The position numbers were made by a program, and so were the translations under genes. Under the pieces are notes generated by a model. It searched no databases. It was given only the letters and a program-made list of their open reading frames with translations, and was not told the origin of the DNA. From Octopus sinensis (taxonomy: Eukaryota): 64,000 bases of DNA. Shown here in pieces: positions 1-11,779 of this stretch (positions are counted from its first letter, which is position 1; each line of letters begins with the position of its first letter). The DNA lies in NCBI RefSeq assembly GCF_006345805.1, contig NC_042999.1, positions 166,222,001 through 166,286,000 of the forward strand, read 5' to 3'.

Positions 1-186
1 AATGTCACATACTGTCCTCTTGCTAGTGTCTGGCAAAATCATTTGTGTGAAGCGAAAAAGTAGTCTCAATAGACAGTACTGGAAGGAAGAAAAAATCACA
101 TCCGCCTTAGACCACATTTAAGAGCAGCGATACCCAGTATATAATGCTTTCAGATACATTGAGAAATAGCATAACTTCATTATCTC

Positions 187-520
187 AGGCTCAGTGGTTA
201 GAGCGGCGAGTTCAAAATCATGAGATAGTGAGTTCGATTCCTGGACCGGGTTGTGTGTTGTGTTCTTGAGTGAGACACTTTATTTCACATTGCTCCTGTT
301 CCCTCAGCTGTAGAAATGAATTGCGATGTCACTGGTGCCAAGCTGTATTGGCCCCTTTGCCTTTCCTTTGGATAACATCGGTGGCGTGGAGATGTGAGGC
401 TGGTATGCATGGGCGACTGCTGGTCTTTCATAAACAATCCTGCCTGGACTTGTGCCTCGGACGGGAACTTTCTAGGTACAATCCTATGGTTATTCGTGAT
501 CAAAGGGGATCTTTACCCTC
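187..520 (+). mobile_element. tRNA-derived SINE, family C (tRNA-like head plus central domain)
   Basis: A-box-like GGCTCAGTGGTTAGAG and B-box-like GAGTTCGATTCC, followed by GTGTTGTGTTCTTGAG..ACACTTTATTTCAC. The same head and body recur at 14240 and 15520. Confidence 0.75.
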
Positions 521-735
521 TATTTGAGGTCCCAAAGCATGTCATATAGACAAGCTCATATTTAATTAGGCAATCATTAAAACTACTTTACCCATATATG
601 TATGATGCAATGTAAAAATTGTTTTTGTTATCTATATTCCACCAACATTCCACGCGTACACACACACACACACACACACATAAGCAAAAGAACATACTGT
701 TCAATCACAACTGGGACATCTTTTATCTAACACGT

Positions 736-1112
736 GCTTCAGTCGTTAGACTGCGGCCATGCTGGAGCACCGCCTTGAAGAATATTTAGTCGAATGACCC
801 GACCCCAGTATTTTTTAAAGCCTGGTATCTATTCCATCGGTCTCTTTTGCCAAACCACTAAGCTACGGGGACGTAAGCACACCAAAACCAGTTGTCAAGT
901 GGTGGTAGAGGATAAATAGAGACACAAACACACATACACACACATACATGACAGGCTTCGTTCAGTTTCCGTCTACCAAATCCACTCACAAGGCTTTAGG
1001 TGACCTGAGGCTATAGCAGAAGACACTTGCCAAAAGTGCCACATAGTGGGACTGAAACCGGAACGATGTGGTTGGGAAGCAAATTTCTTACCACACAGCC
1101 ACGCCTGCACCT
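736..1112 (-). mobile_element. tRNA-derived SINE, family A (CORE-like), diverged copy
   Basis: Reverse complement of the element at 7300-7715 (GACTGCGGCCATGCTGGAGCACCGCC ... CTTACCACACAGCC). Confidence 0.85.
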
Positions 1113-1402
1113 GTATAGATGTATTAAACTAAGACAATGTGTGAGGAACTACTTGGTGTTTTCTATACAATCGAAATATTGGATTAAAAAGACGAAACGA
1201 ATAACATTTTTGGAGTTTGCTAAATGTGTTTTTTATTATTTCTCAATACTTACCAATTGCTGCTGCTACTACAACTGCTGCTGCTGCTGCTGATGATGAT
1301 GATGATGAATATTAGTGGTTGAAAATAAATATATAAAACAAACGTAGGAAAAAGAATGAAAAATCTAATAATAATTTAACATTACTTGAAAAAGTAGTGA
1401 GT

Positions 1403-4400
1403 AGCGAACCCTGCCTGACACGAGTTCCGGGCTCAGCTGGCTCCGGCTGACAGTACCCGGTATGGGCCCCTATCCAGGGTTACGGAAAGGAGACAACCTT
1501 GAAAGAAATCCTGAGTGGAGCCCCGAAGGCGGTCTAGTGTTCGACTCGACACTCTTCCGGCAGCTCCTGCAACCAAGCTGGTGCCAAACGTAATGCTCTG
1601 CACTCCACTGGACTACATCAGCAAGGTCGAGAGAGGAAACCTGACGATTGGGCTACCCAGGACTTTCTTATATCTAGCCCAGGCCTGCGCAAAACTGGAG
1701 AGGACACTTCAGTGCTGCTGTAAAAAGCTGCAGAAACAACACGGAAGGTAACAGTTACGAGTGATAAGTCTATTCAGATTGGCGTAAAATGTGGGCGCTA
1801 CGGATTACCTCTGACGGTGGGAGTGACCCCCGTGTCCCATTGGTTAGCTACTGCCCACCTCAAGCTGGGCAGCCCCCAGTTAATAAGGTGCTGACCCGCC
1901 ACAGGCCGCCTGCTTCATTGGGTGCTTGGAGCTAAGAGTATGACTTGAAAAGCGGCCTGCAACCTCTGCACCAGGCAAATAACTAAAAGACAAGAAACCA
2001 CCAGTCCTGCGGTTGGCAAGCTGGAATGTCAGGACCATGTGCCCTGGAATATCTGATGATCTACCCAGGGTTGAAGACACAAGGAAAACGGCCATCATTG
2101 ACCGTGAACTAAAGAGGCTTAACATAGACATTGCTGGGCTACAGGAGACAAGACTTCTCTCAAACGGCAAACTCAAAGAACAGGATTTCACCTTCTTTTA
2201 GCAGGGAAGCGATCCAGAAGAACCTCGTCAGCATGGCGTTGGCTTTGCAGGGAGAAACTCATTACTCTCCTCAATAGAACCACCATCAGGAGGCACTGAG
2301 CGTATCCTCTCACTGCGCCTCCGAACTTCTGGCTCAGTACATCTACTCAGCATCTATGCTCCCACTCTCTACAGCTCAGAGGAGACCAAGGACCAGTTCT
2401 ACAAAGATCTCAACTGTGTCATAAAAACTATACCAACAACTGAAAATATCTACCTTCTAGGGGACTTTTACGCTCGCGTGGGATCTGACCATGATTCGTG
2501 GCCCATTTGTGTTGGACACTTTGGTATTGGCAATATGAATGACAATGGTCAGAGACTACTCGAATTCTGCACATACCATAACTTGTGCATTACAAACACA
2601 TTCTTTACCAACAAGACATACCACAAGGCATCTTGGAGACATCCAAGATCTCACCACTGGCATCAGCTGGATCTCATCATTACACGGAGATCCCTTCTGA
2701 ATTCTGTTCTACTGACCCGCAGTTACCACAACGCGGATTGTGACACAGACCACTCACTAATTAGAAGTTGGGTGAGGATTCTGCCTAAAAAAGTCCATCG
2801 CTCCAAAAAAGTGGGCCGACCACGCATTAACACTGCCAGAACCTCGGACCCTACACTGCGAAAATGTTTTGCTGCTTCTATCAAGGTTGCCCTTAGTAGC
2901 TGCCCAACCTCCTCTGCTGAAGGTAGGTGGAATTATATCGGGGAAGCTTTGTATACCACATCAATAGATACTTTTGGCATGAGAGAAAGGCAAAACCCAG
3001 ATTGGTTCAATGCTGGGCTCTCAGAGGGTACAGTCCCTCAGGATATGCGGGATGCTAACATCATTACGCTTTACAAAAACAAAGGTGACCGTGGTGATTG
3101 TAACAATTACCGTGGAATATCTCTTCTAAGCACTGCTGGAAAGACCTTTGCTCGCGTTATCATGGCCAGGCTACAACTGCTTGCTTCTCGAATCTATCCG
3201 GAATCGCAGTGTGGCTTTAGAAGAAGCAGATCAACTATTGATATGATATTCTCCATACGCCAACTTCAGGAGAAGTCCAGAGAGCAGAAAATGCCATTAT
3301 ATATGGCCTTCATTGACCTAACAAAGGCCTTTGACTCGGTAAGTAGAAAAGGCCTCTTCATCCTGCTCCAAAAAATCGGATGTCCACCAAAGCTGCTGAG
3401 GATCATCAAGTCTTTCCATGATGATATGCAAGGCACCATACAGCACAATGGTTCAACATCAGCCGCCTTCCAAAAAAAAAAAAATGGGATAAAGCAAGGT
3501 TGTGTCCTCGCTCCTGTGTTTCTGCACAGTAGAAGTGACGGGAAACTGTTCAATCTCTCGCGCCTGCGTGCCAAGACCAAAATCAGAAACGTCCTGATCA
3601 AGGAGATGCTATTTGCTGATGATGCCGCTCTTGTATCACACACAGAAGAAGCCCTCCAAAGGCTCATTAACTGTTTTGAGCAAGCATGTAACGACTTTGG
3701 CTTAGCTATCAGCCTTAAGAAGACCAACATCATGGGTCAGGCTACATCGGACATCCCAAACATACATATTGGAGACCACAGACTACAGGAGGTGGAGAAG
3801 TTTACCTATCTTGGCTCTACCGTCACCTACAACCTATCCCTTGACGCTGAGCTCAATATACGCATTGGCAAGGCAGCTGCTGCGATGGCCCAACTCTCCA
3901 AACGGGCATGGGACAACAATAAGCTGACCAAGACCACGAAAATGAAGATCTATCAGGCATGTGTACTTAGCACTCTACTGTATGGAAGTGAGACTTGGAC
4001 GCTATACACACGCCAAGAGCGTCGCCTAAACATCTTTCACCTGCGCTGCCTCTGGAAAATCCTCCGCATCAAATGGCAGAATCATATCCCCAACAAAGAT
4101 GTCCTCAAGCAAGCAGGAATACCAAGCATGTTTGCACTCCTCACACAAAGATGTATCAGATGGCTTGGGCATGTTAGCCGTATGAAAGATGGCAGAATCC
4201 CCAAGGACATACTCTACGGAGAGCTTGCTAGGGGTACTAAGTCTGTGGGTAGACCGTTCTTACGTTACAAGGATGTTTGCAAAAGGGACATGAAGGCCTG
4301 CAACATCAATATTAGCAGTTGGGAAGCAATTGCCAGCAACCGTGGAGATTGGCGACGTACCGTAAAAGAGGAAATACAAAGGAGTGACAGAGAGAGAGAG

Positions 4401-4628
4401 AGGAGAAATGGAAAGACAAGAAAAGACGTCAACAAGAAACTATGGCATTACAACCAGCCAGGAACAGTCTTCGCTACATTTGCGGTACCTGCCAGAGGGA
4501 ATGTTTGTCCAGGATAGGACTACACAGCCACAGCAGGAAATGTATCAGGACATGAAATGTAAAAACCGGACTGGACTATTTTATGCGCAACTCCATTGTC
4601 TCCTGAAACAAAAAGGATGCCAACCAAA
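1403..4628 (+). mobile_element. RTE-clade LINE, near full length, internally deleted
   Basis: GC-rich 5' leader from about 1403, then APE and RT coding remnants. Its 3' end (4465-4625) matches the 3' fragment at 22922-23089. No clear TSD seen. Confidence 0.92.
2013..4555 (+). pseudogene. RTE APE-endonuclease / reverse transcriptase pseudogene
   Basis: APE motifs ASWNVRT, GLQETR, IYAPT, LGDFYARVG, DCDTDHSL. RT motifs NYRGISLL, PESQCGFR, FIDLTKAFDSV, KQGCVLAP, LFADD. C-terminal CGTCQRECLSRIGLHSH in a shifted frame ending TGA at 4553-4555. Premature TAG at 2199-2201, a frameshift near 4390 and two in-frame deletions. Confidence 0.93.
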
Positions 4629-4898
4629 TTTAGAATTATTTCAAACAAGAAAAAGTTGTTATCTTAAATAATTGAAAGCATACAGTTAAAAATTGATAAC
4701 TATTTATATAAAACTAGCGAACAAATAATAATTTACATACTAGAACATACATATATTATAGTGTAGCGTGGCAGTTTCAGCCACTTTGTTATATGACTAT
4801 AGCGATATCTAATATCTTCACCGTGTGAACGGCAAAGCAGAAATAATCTCGTTTGAGCTTACAACCATCTTTGGCCAACTTGTTCTTTTTCTAAACAC

Positions 4899-5120
4899 TA
4901 ACTTGATTGGTTGACGTGTGACACGAGGGTCCCTGCGTAGTTCGCGCCACTGGTGGACATGTGACACGAGGGTCCCTGCGTAGTCCGCGCCACTGGTTGA
5001 CACGTGACGCGAATTGTCTCGACTTATTTTCGCGCCAATCGCGAATCAACCAATCAAGACCTTCGGTTAAAATTCCATTTTCTGGAGTTCGGTAAGCCAA
5101 CCAAATAGTATATAAACCAG
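4899..5120. promoter_or_regulatory. CpG-rich promoter-like segment with a 43-bp tandem duplication
   Basis: Two copies of GTGACACGAGGGTCCCTGCGTAGT(T/C)CGCGCCACTGG, flanked by inverted TTGATTGGTTGA / TCAACCAATCAA (CCAAT boxes). Also CACGTGAC, TTTTCGCGCCAAT (E2F-like) and TATATAAA. Function is inferred only. Confidence 0.35.
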
Positions 5121-5723
5121 TTTTCACAGGCATTTTTGTCTTGAGTTCTAGTTCTTCTAAGAACTAACTTAGACCACCTACTGCTCAACTTAGAGATAGG
5201 CGATGGTTTCTGCTACTGCTTGTGCTATACTGATACAAACAACATGAACTGTAAACCGAGTTCCGTGGTTAATCCTATGGTCAGTACCTTTTATGCCTCA
5301 CGAACACACAGACACAAAAACATGCTAACACTTACAAACTCCCAACATCAGCATGATTGTAAAATATGTAAATAAATAATATTTATCTACCAACAGAAGA
5401 CTTGTGTCCATTCACTTATGTCCTATTGTCGTTGTATATATTTTATGGCTTGTAATGATTTCGTTAAGAGTAGAGCCGCATGCGACCGTATCCCCGGCAC
5501 GATACGACCGCATGTGATCTTACTTCTTACAGTAGCAAACAAGAAGGCAGATGAATTAGCAAGAATGGAGTACAAAACATAACAGTCATAGTTCACAATC
5601 TATCCCAAGTGAAATTAGTTTGCAAAGGGTAAAAAAATAAGAAGAATTAGCGAAATTAACAGTTAAACTACCAAGCTTTAACTCCCCACTCTCTGAATCA
5701 TGTATATTGTCTTACAAAACCAA

Positions 5724-6135
5724 TTTACTCTTTTTACTCTTTTACTTGTTTCAGTCATTTGACTGCGGCCATGCTGGAGCACCGCCTTTAATCGAGCAAC
5801 TCGACCCCGGGACTTATTCTTTTTTTGTAAGCCCAGTACTTATTCTATCGGTCTCTTTTGCCGAACCGCTAAGTAACGGGGACATAAACACACCAGCATC
5901 GGTTGTGAAGCAATGCTAGGGGGACAAACACAGACACACAAACACACACACATATATATATATACATATATACGACAGGCTTCTTTCAGTTTCCGTCTAC
6001 CAAATCCACTCACAAGGCTTTGGTCGGCCCGAGGCTATAGTAGAAGACACTTGCCCAAGATGCCACGCAGTGGGACTGAACCCGGAACCATGTGGTTGGT
6101 AAACAAGCTACTTACCACACAGCCACTCCTGCGCC
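5724..6135 (-). mobile_element. SINE family A, full length
   Basis: Full reverse-complement copy from the ACTCTTTT tail to the CCTGCGCC head. Confidence 0.92.
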
Positions 6136-6449
6136 TATAGCCACAGTTATTTAACAATACAAAGAACCAAAGATTTTGTTGGTTACATCAAATGACGCAC
6201 AAGTTACATTCATTTACATCAGACATTACTACAAACAGGTCGTATTTAATCACCTTTATGTTTTTATGACTTAAATTTCAACTGCGAGCGACAAATTGGC
6301 AAAGGTCTTTTCAAAAGGTTACCAATGTTAGATACAATAAAATTTCGAAGTATCGACAAATAATTAATAAGATCTTTTAACTCATACAAGTGACCAGCAG
6401 TTAAATGCCTTTTTTACATTTCATTTTATTAAACCTCGTTAATAGAATA

Positions 6450-6963
6450 TCTATATATATAAAACTCTAGTTGTGTGAGTGTCTGTCCCCTTCGATTTAC
6501 ATTCCTAACTCCTCCCACATTTTGCGGTGCAGTTTAACCAAATTCGGGTATCTTATAGTCGTGATTAATATCGAGCCCGTCTGACTATTAGCGCGCGTCT
6601 ACGATGAGTCTACAATTTTAAAAATAATTTAACATCATTTTTTATTCCATTTTAATGCATAATTTTTCGTGTGTCGATGGCGGCGGAGTTGGCGTCCATG
6701 GTCACACCTGCACCTGTTTGCTTCTCCCCCTTCTTCCCTCCCTCGTGAAGCTGTGGGGAAGGGAGTGTAAAGAAATCAACGTCGTAAAGCGTTGTCAAGG
6801 AGACCAGCGTTCTTTTAGAACAACGACTTCATGGCTTGAAGACACCAAAACAGAAATGGTTAAGAAAGTCCGAATTGGCATCTATAAAGGAAGTAACTCT
6901 CTAAAAATGCTCTATATAGTTATTTCCCTTACAAACCCGAGCAACGCCGGGCGATACTGCTAG
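6450..6963 (+). mobile_element. Non-autonomous Helitron, family H1 (long variant)
   Basis: 5' A|TCTATATATATAAAA; 3' hairpin CCCG-AGCAACGC-CGGG followed by CTAG|T; A/T target site with no TSD. Same family at 20193, 25954 and 46662. Confidence 0.9.
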
Positions 6964-7179
6964 TTAAATATGTTTTTCAAGTTTGTCGTACTGGCTCTGA
7001 ATGAATATTTAAATGAAACAAATCCATAAATGAATAATAAATATATTATCAGAAAACTTTAATATTTTAACTCTGAATCATGACATTAAACTGTCGTCTG
7101 GTTTCCAACTATCGTCTCCAAATGAGAACAGTCGATCTAGCACCGTTGGTTGAGCGGTTATACGGTTATACGGTGATGT

Positions 7180-7298
7180 TACACACGCACACACGCGCGC
7201 GCGCGCACACACACACACGCACTCATACATACATACATACATACATCCAGCCAGCCAGCCAGCCATCCATCCATCCATACATACATACATACATACAT
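7180..7298. repeat. Compound microsatellite (CA)/(GC)/(CATA)/(CCAG)/(CCAT)
   Basis: Directly visible. Confidence 0.95.
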
Positions 7299-7299
7299 A

Positions 7300-7715
7300 G
7301 GTGCAGGAGTGGCTGTGTGGTAAGTAGCTTGCTAACCAACCACATGGTTCCGGGTTCAGTCCCACTGCGTGGCATCTTGGGCAAGTGTCTTCTGCTATAG
7401 CCCCGGGCCGACTAATGCCTTGTGAGTGGATTTGGTAGTCGGAAACTGAAAGAAGCCTGTCGTATATATGTATATATATATGTATGTGTGTGTGTGTTTG
7501 TGTGTCTGTGTTTGTCCCCCTAGCATTGCTTGACAACCGATGCTGGTGTGTTTACGTCCCCGTCACTTAGCGGTTCGACAAAAAGAACCGATAGAATAAG
7601 TACTGGGCTTACAAAGAATAAGTCCCGGGGTCGAGTTGCTCGACTAAAGGCAGTGCTCCAGCATGGCCGCAGTCAAATGACTGAAACAAGAGAGTAAGAG
7701 AGTAAGAGAGAGAGT
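7300..7715 (+). mobile_element. SINE family A, full length
   Basis: Head GGTGCAGGAGTGGCTGTGTGGTAAG with B-box-like GGGTTCAGTCC; CORE-like GGCATCTTGGGCAAGTGTCTT; internal (TA)(TG) tract; AGAGT-type tail. Confidence 0.92.
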
Positions 7716-7783
7716 ATACATACATACATACATACATACATACATACATACATACATACATACATACATACATACATACATAC
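7716..7783. repeat. (CATA)n microsatellite
   Basis: Directly visible; forms the 5' flank of the R4-like fragment. Confidence 0.97.
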
Positions 7784-8395
7784 GAACGTACTTGTGATTT
7801 GCAGCTGCCCCGAAATATCATCCCTGTGTACTACCTCCCTATGCAACACGTCGTTGTCGCAAAAAGCAATATAGAATGCCATGCAGAAAAAATGACCGTC
7901 CTAGAATAGATATAAAGAATAGCCCTGTTATAGAATACATGCTCAAATATCAACACAAGGAATACCGGTGGAACATTACCATCAACATCTGTCAAGTGTA
8001 AACATAACAGGCTGGATAAATTTGTTTGGGACAGACGACAAAAAGTATGTACCGTCATAAAGGTCAGCTGTCTTGTGGATTTGAATATCTTTTTGAAAAC
8101 CAAATTATAAACTTATATTTATACCAATAATAATTAGTGGACTTGGTTTTGTGAATAAATGCCTAGTTGACATTCTGGATAATTTTGGGTTTTCAGAAAA
8201 AGAAATCAACCAACTAAATTGCACATTGCAAATGCAATCTGTTAGTAGAACAATAAAAGTATGCAAGACTTTTCATAATTTTAAAATGTGACATTGTTTT
8301 CGTTATCTACATTCCAAAGATGGAGCTTTGTGTCTTTGTTATAAACCAGCTCCTTCCTCAGAGTAGGAACTGAAATAGTTAAAAACAGAAGAGAC
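7784..8395 (+). mobile_element. 5'-truncated R4/Dong-like (RLE) LINE, copy A
   Basis: Degenerate C-terminus (IPIII, GFSEKEINQL, TIKVCKTF) and a 3' UTR clearly homologous to copy B at 8444-9584. Confidence 0.8.
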
Positions 8396-8443
8396 CATAC
8401 ATACATACATACATACATACATACATACATACATACATACATA
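8396..8443. repeat. (CATA)n microsatellite
   Basis: Directly visible between the two LINE copies. Confidence 0.97.
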
Positions 8444-9584
8444 CACAAAAATAGTGATATTGACAGACTGGACCTAAGAAGCCATAAAGGAGGTAGAGGC
8501 TTGAATTCAATGTAGGCAGCCTTTGAATGTCGCATAGTCTCTCTCTTAGACAGCACGTATTAAACAACAGAAGCTAAAATAAATACATTTGCTTAGTGCT
8601 GAAAAGTAAAGAAAACAATATCCAAATCAGCTGGACGAGCATACCCCAAAGAAGACCTATAGGTGATACGTTCAGAATGCCGAAAAAGAAAGAAAGAAAG
8701 AAAGAAACATAAGTAAAGAAAAAAGACCATACATGGGTATGTTTCCTGAAGACTTGAAGAAGACAATAACATTGATAGAAAGCGAAACCTCTCTTGGACT
8801 CGAGACCGCTACATCACAACACTTCGAAGGCAAGGCATTTGCAATCCTAGGATAGGAGAATGCTACTAAATACCTAATCAATCATAGAGACAGTGAAACC
8901 CTTGGAGTTCCAAGATGCAACCATAAATGTAGAATATGTCATATTTCTGTGAAAAATATCAGACGTGATTAGCAGCTGCCCCAAAATATGTCATTAAGGT
9001 ACTACCTCCCTATGCGGCATGACGTTGTCGCAAAAACAATATACAATGTCCTTCGGAAAAAAATGATTGTCCTGGAATAAATATTGATAATCCCCCTGTT
9101 ATTGAATACATACACAAATATCAGATCAAATATTACTTGTGGAACATTTCCATCAAAACATTTGTCAAGTGTAAGCATAGCAGTCTGAATATTGTTGTCA
9201 TAGAGGTCAATTGCCTTGCTGATGTGGATATCTGTTTGAAAATCAAAGAGAAAGAAGATAACTATGGATAGCTGCTTCGAAACCTTCTGCTTCTATGTCC
9301 GGGTTGCAAATTTACATTTATACCAATAATAATTGGAGCACTTGGTTTTGTAAGTGCCTAAAGTCTGGATAAGCTTGGATTTTCAGAAAAAGAAATCAAC
9401 CAACTGGTTCGTACAATACGAATACAATCTGTAAGCGGAACAGTAAAACTATTCAAGACTTTTCTCAGATTTAAAATGTGACAATGTTTTCCTTGTTTAC
9501 ATCCCAAAGATGGAGCTTTGTATTTTAGTTAGAAACCAGCTCCTTCTTCAGAGGAAGAATTTAAATGATTAAAAATAGAAGCCG
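8444..9584 (+). mobile_element. 5'-truncated R4/Dong-like (RLE) LINE, copy B
   Basis: HKNSDIDRL...GGRGL motif; CCHC-like CRICH..SSCP; MSLRYYLPMRHDVVAKTIYN; RLE-like region VIEVNC..D; ends KTFLRFKM-stop at about 9480, then 3' UTR. Multiple stops and frameshifts. Confidence 0.85.
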
Positions 9585-9713
9585 TATACATATACATACA
9601 TACATACATACATACATACATACATACATACATACATACATACATACATACATACAAACATACATACATACATACATACATACAAACATACAAACATACA
9701 TACATACATACAT
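9585..9713. repeat. (CATA)n microsatellite
   Basis: Directly visible. Confidence 0.97.
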
Positions 9714-9729
9714 TGTAAGCAGGCCAAAT

Positions 9730-11145
9730 CAAACGTGATCAAACAAGAGTAATTGCTCAGTGGAAGCTCTATGATGAAAACTATCGGAGAATTGCTGGAA
9801 AAGTGAAGAAACTGTGCAGAAGAGATAAGTAGCAGTGGTTAGAAAAGGAAGGTGTGGAAGCTCAAGAAAATGCAGACAGACGCCTCGCGAACTCTACACA
9901 AGACAGTGTGCGAATTAACAAGTGCAAAGAGCAACTCTAGTCTAGCGTTCAAGGTGAAGGACAGAAAAGTGTTTACAACGGAAGGAAAAAATGTCCTACA
10001 CTACTTGCCACACCAGCTCTTCTCATCATCTCTTCGTTTCTCACTCTGGCCTGGTAAGGAGAGGGCCAGGATTGAATGTAGGCAACGTCTATAGAACACG
10101 TCCAGCATTTGAGAGATCTTCGCTGTCTTCTTCCAAGAACATTTTCGTGAAGTTCTCAATCGTCCGATTCTAGCAATTATGTTTGAAATGGACAAAGAAC
10201 CAGTCATGAATGAACTGAACTGATGGCTGATATAACAGCAGAAGTGGACAAGGCAATATATAGTTTCAGGAACAACAAAGCAGCTGGCATGGATGGGATA
10301 CCTACCGAGCGGTTGAAGCATGTTGGGGAAGCAGTTGTACAATATCTAATATAGATGTTCAATCTTGTTTGATAGCGGGAAGGTATACCAGAAAATTATT
10401 AGAGGCATGGAATGATGGTTCCACTGCCCTCCGCCCATCAAAATTATCTGACGCATTGTAACCACTGGCGTGGTATTACATTGTTATTCATGGCTGGTAA
10501 AGCTTTTTTGCAGTGTTCTGGTGAATAGATTAAAGGAGAGTGATGCTGTTTTGATTCCCGCTGAAAAGACCAAAGCCATGTCAACTGCTGGAGCCCAAGC
10601 ACAACTTGACAATCTTGGACAAGATAAAAATCGATCGAGTACATCAATAAGTTTATATATACGGGAAGATGTATTTTTCAACGAGGGTGATACAGAAGTT
10701 GAAGTCACAGCCAGGATAGGTAGATCAAGGTTAGTATACCAACACCATCGACCAATATGAAGACGGAAGATCACGAGCAAGAAAATAAAGCTACGTTATT
10801 GTTATATAAACAGCTATTATTGGACGTGTTTTATAGACGTTGCCTACATTCAATCCTGGCCCTCTCCTGACCAGGCCAGAGTGAGAAACGAAGAGATGAT
10901 GAGAAGAGCTGGTGGGGCAAGTTTTGTAGGATACGGTTTGCTGGCCATGTGCATCGATTATCGCAGGAAACACATGCTGCTATCATCGGGATAGAGAGGA
11001 AAAAGAGCGAATCGAAGACCAAGGAAGACGTAGTGCAATATGTTCCAGGACGACATGTTGGCGCTGGTAATCGATTCGATTGGAACCAAAAGGAAAGCGA
11101 ACGATCGCGATGTTTGCAGAAGGCTCGTTATGGTAATAACACTGT
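9730..11145 (+). mobile_element. Highly degenerate RTE/RTEX-like LINE fragment (second family) with an internal inverted segment
   Basis: Remnants VKKLCRRDK, EHFREVLNRP, AAGMDGIP, AGKAFCSVLVNRLK, EVTARIG, LDVFYRRCL. Bases 9994-10104 are the reverse complement of 10821-10931. Confidence 0.75.
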
Positions 11146-11147
11146 AA

Positions 11148-11184
<37 letters not shown>

Positions 11185-11191
11185 TAATTAA

Positions 11192-11578
11192 CTAGCTTAA
11201 AAGCCCGATTCGTGCGGAGGGCTAATTGGTCTTGAGGCCCAAAATTAAAGACAGTAATAATAATAAGGCATTTATTGGTACCCTACCAATATGCTATTAC
11301 CCTTCCAATATTGTATTACTTTAAATTCAATTTAACTGAAAATTTGTAAGTTCACAAATTTTTGAAGTTCTTTTTCAACTGTTAGCATATTACAAATCCT
11401 TATCCAGACCTGACTCCAATGATGGATATTCCGGAAGCAAATAAAGGGCAGATTTTCAATCCCGGGATCATCTTGATTCCAAAAAAGGTACAATATGTTT
11501 ATGTTGAACAAATGGAGACTGAGATAGAGGGCGCCCCGGTCAGGCGGACAAACAGAATTTCGCGTTTACTGTAATAGA
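11192..11578 (-). mobile_element. Non-autonomous Helitron, family H2
   Basis: Minus strand begins A|TCTATTACAGTAAACGCGAAATTCTGTTTG and ends with hairpin GCCC-..-GGGC then CTAG|T. Confidence 0.8.
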
Positions 11579-11779
11579 TTAATTAATCATTAGCGATGGA
11601 GGCGGGAGGGGTTGTTATACCAAAAGGTAATCATCATATTCAGATTAACATGGATGTCTTGTTAGAACACCGAATATTGCGTTACTAGGCTTGAGAAATC
11701 TTCTCTTATACTGTCTGAGAAGATTTCTCTTGGTGCAGAAAAGCATATATAGATCGCAGCCGAGAGAATCGTCTATCAG

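Noticed and set aside
187-250. tRNA genes here and at 14240, 14591 and the family A/B heads
   Set aside because: Only A/B-box-like motifs; no complete cloverleaf, and each continues into a SINE body.
1403-1900. HDV-like ribozyme in the RTE 5' leader
   Set aside because: Hairpins exist (TGGGCTA/TAGCCCA at about 1650-1680; GGTGGGA/TCCCATT followed by GG at about 1816-1843; CTGCCCA/TGGGCAG at about 1851-1872), but I could not assemble P2, P3, L3 and P1.1 into the nested double pseudoknot. A descriptor search would settle it.
1403-4640. Target-site duplication around the RTE LINE
   Set aside because: No convincing direct repeat at the two ends.
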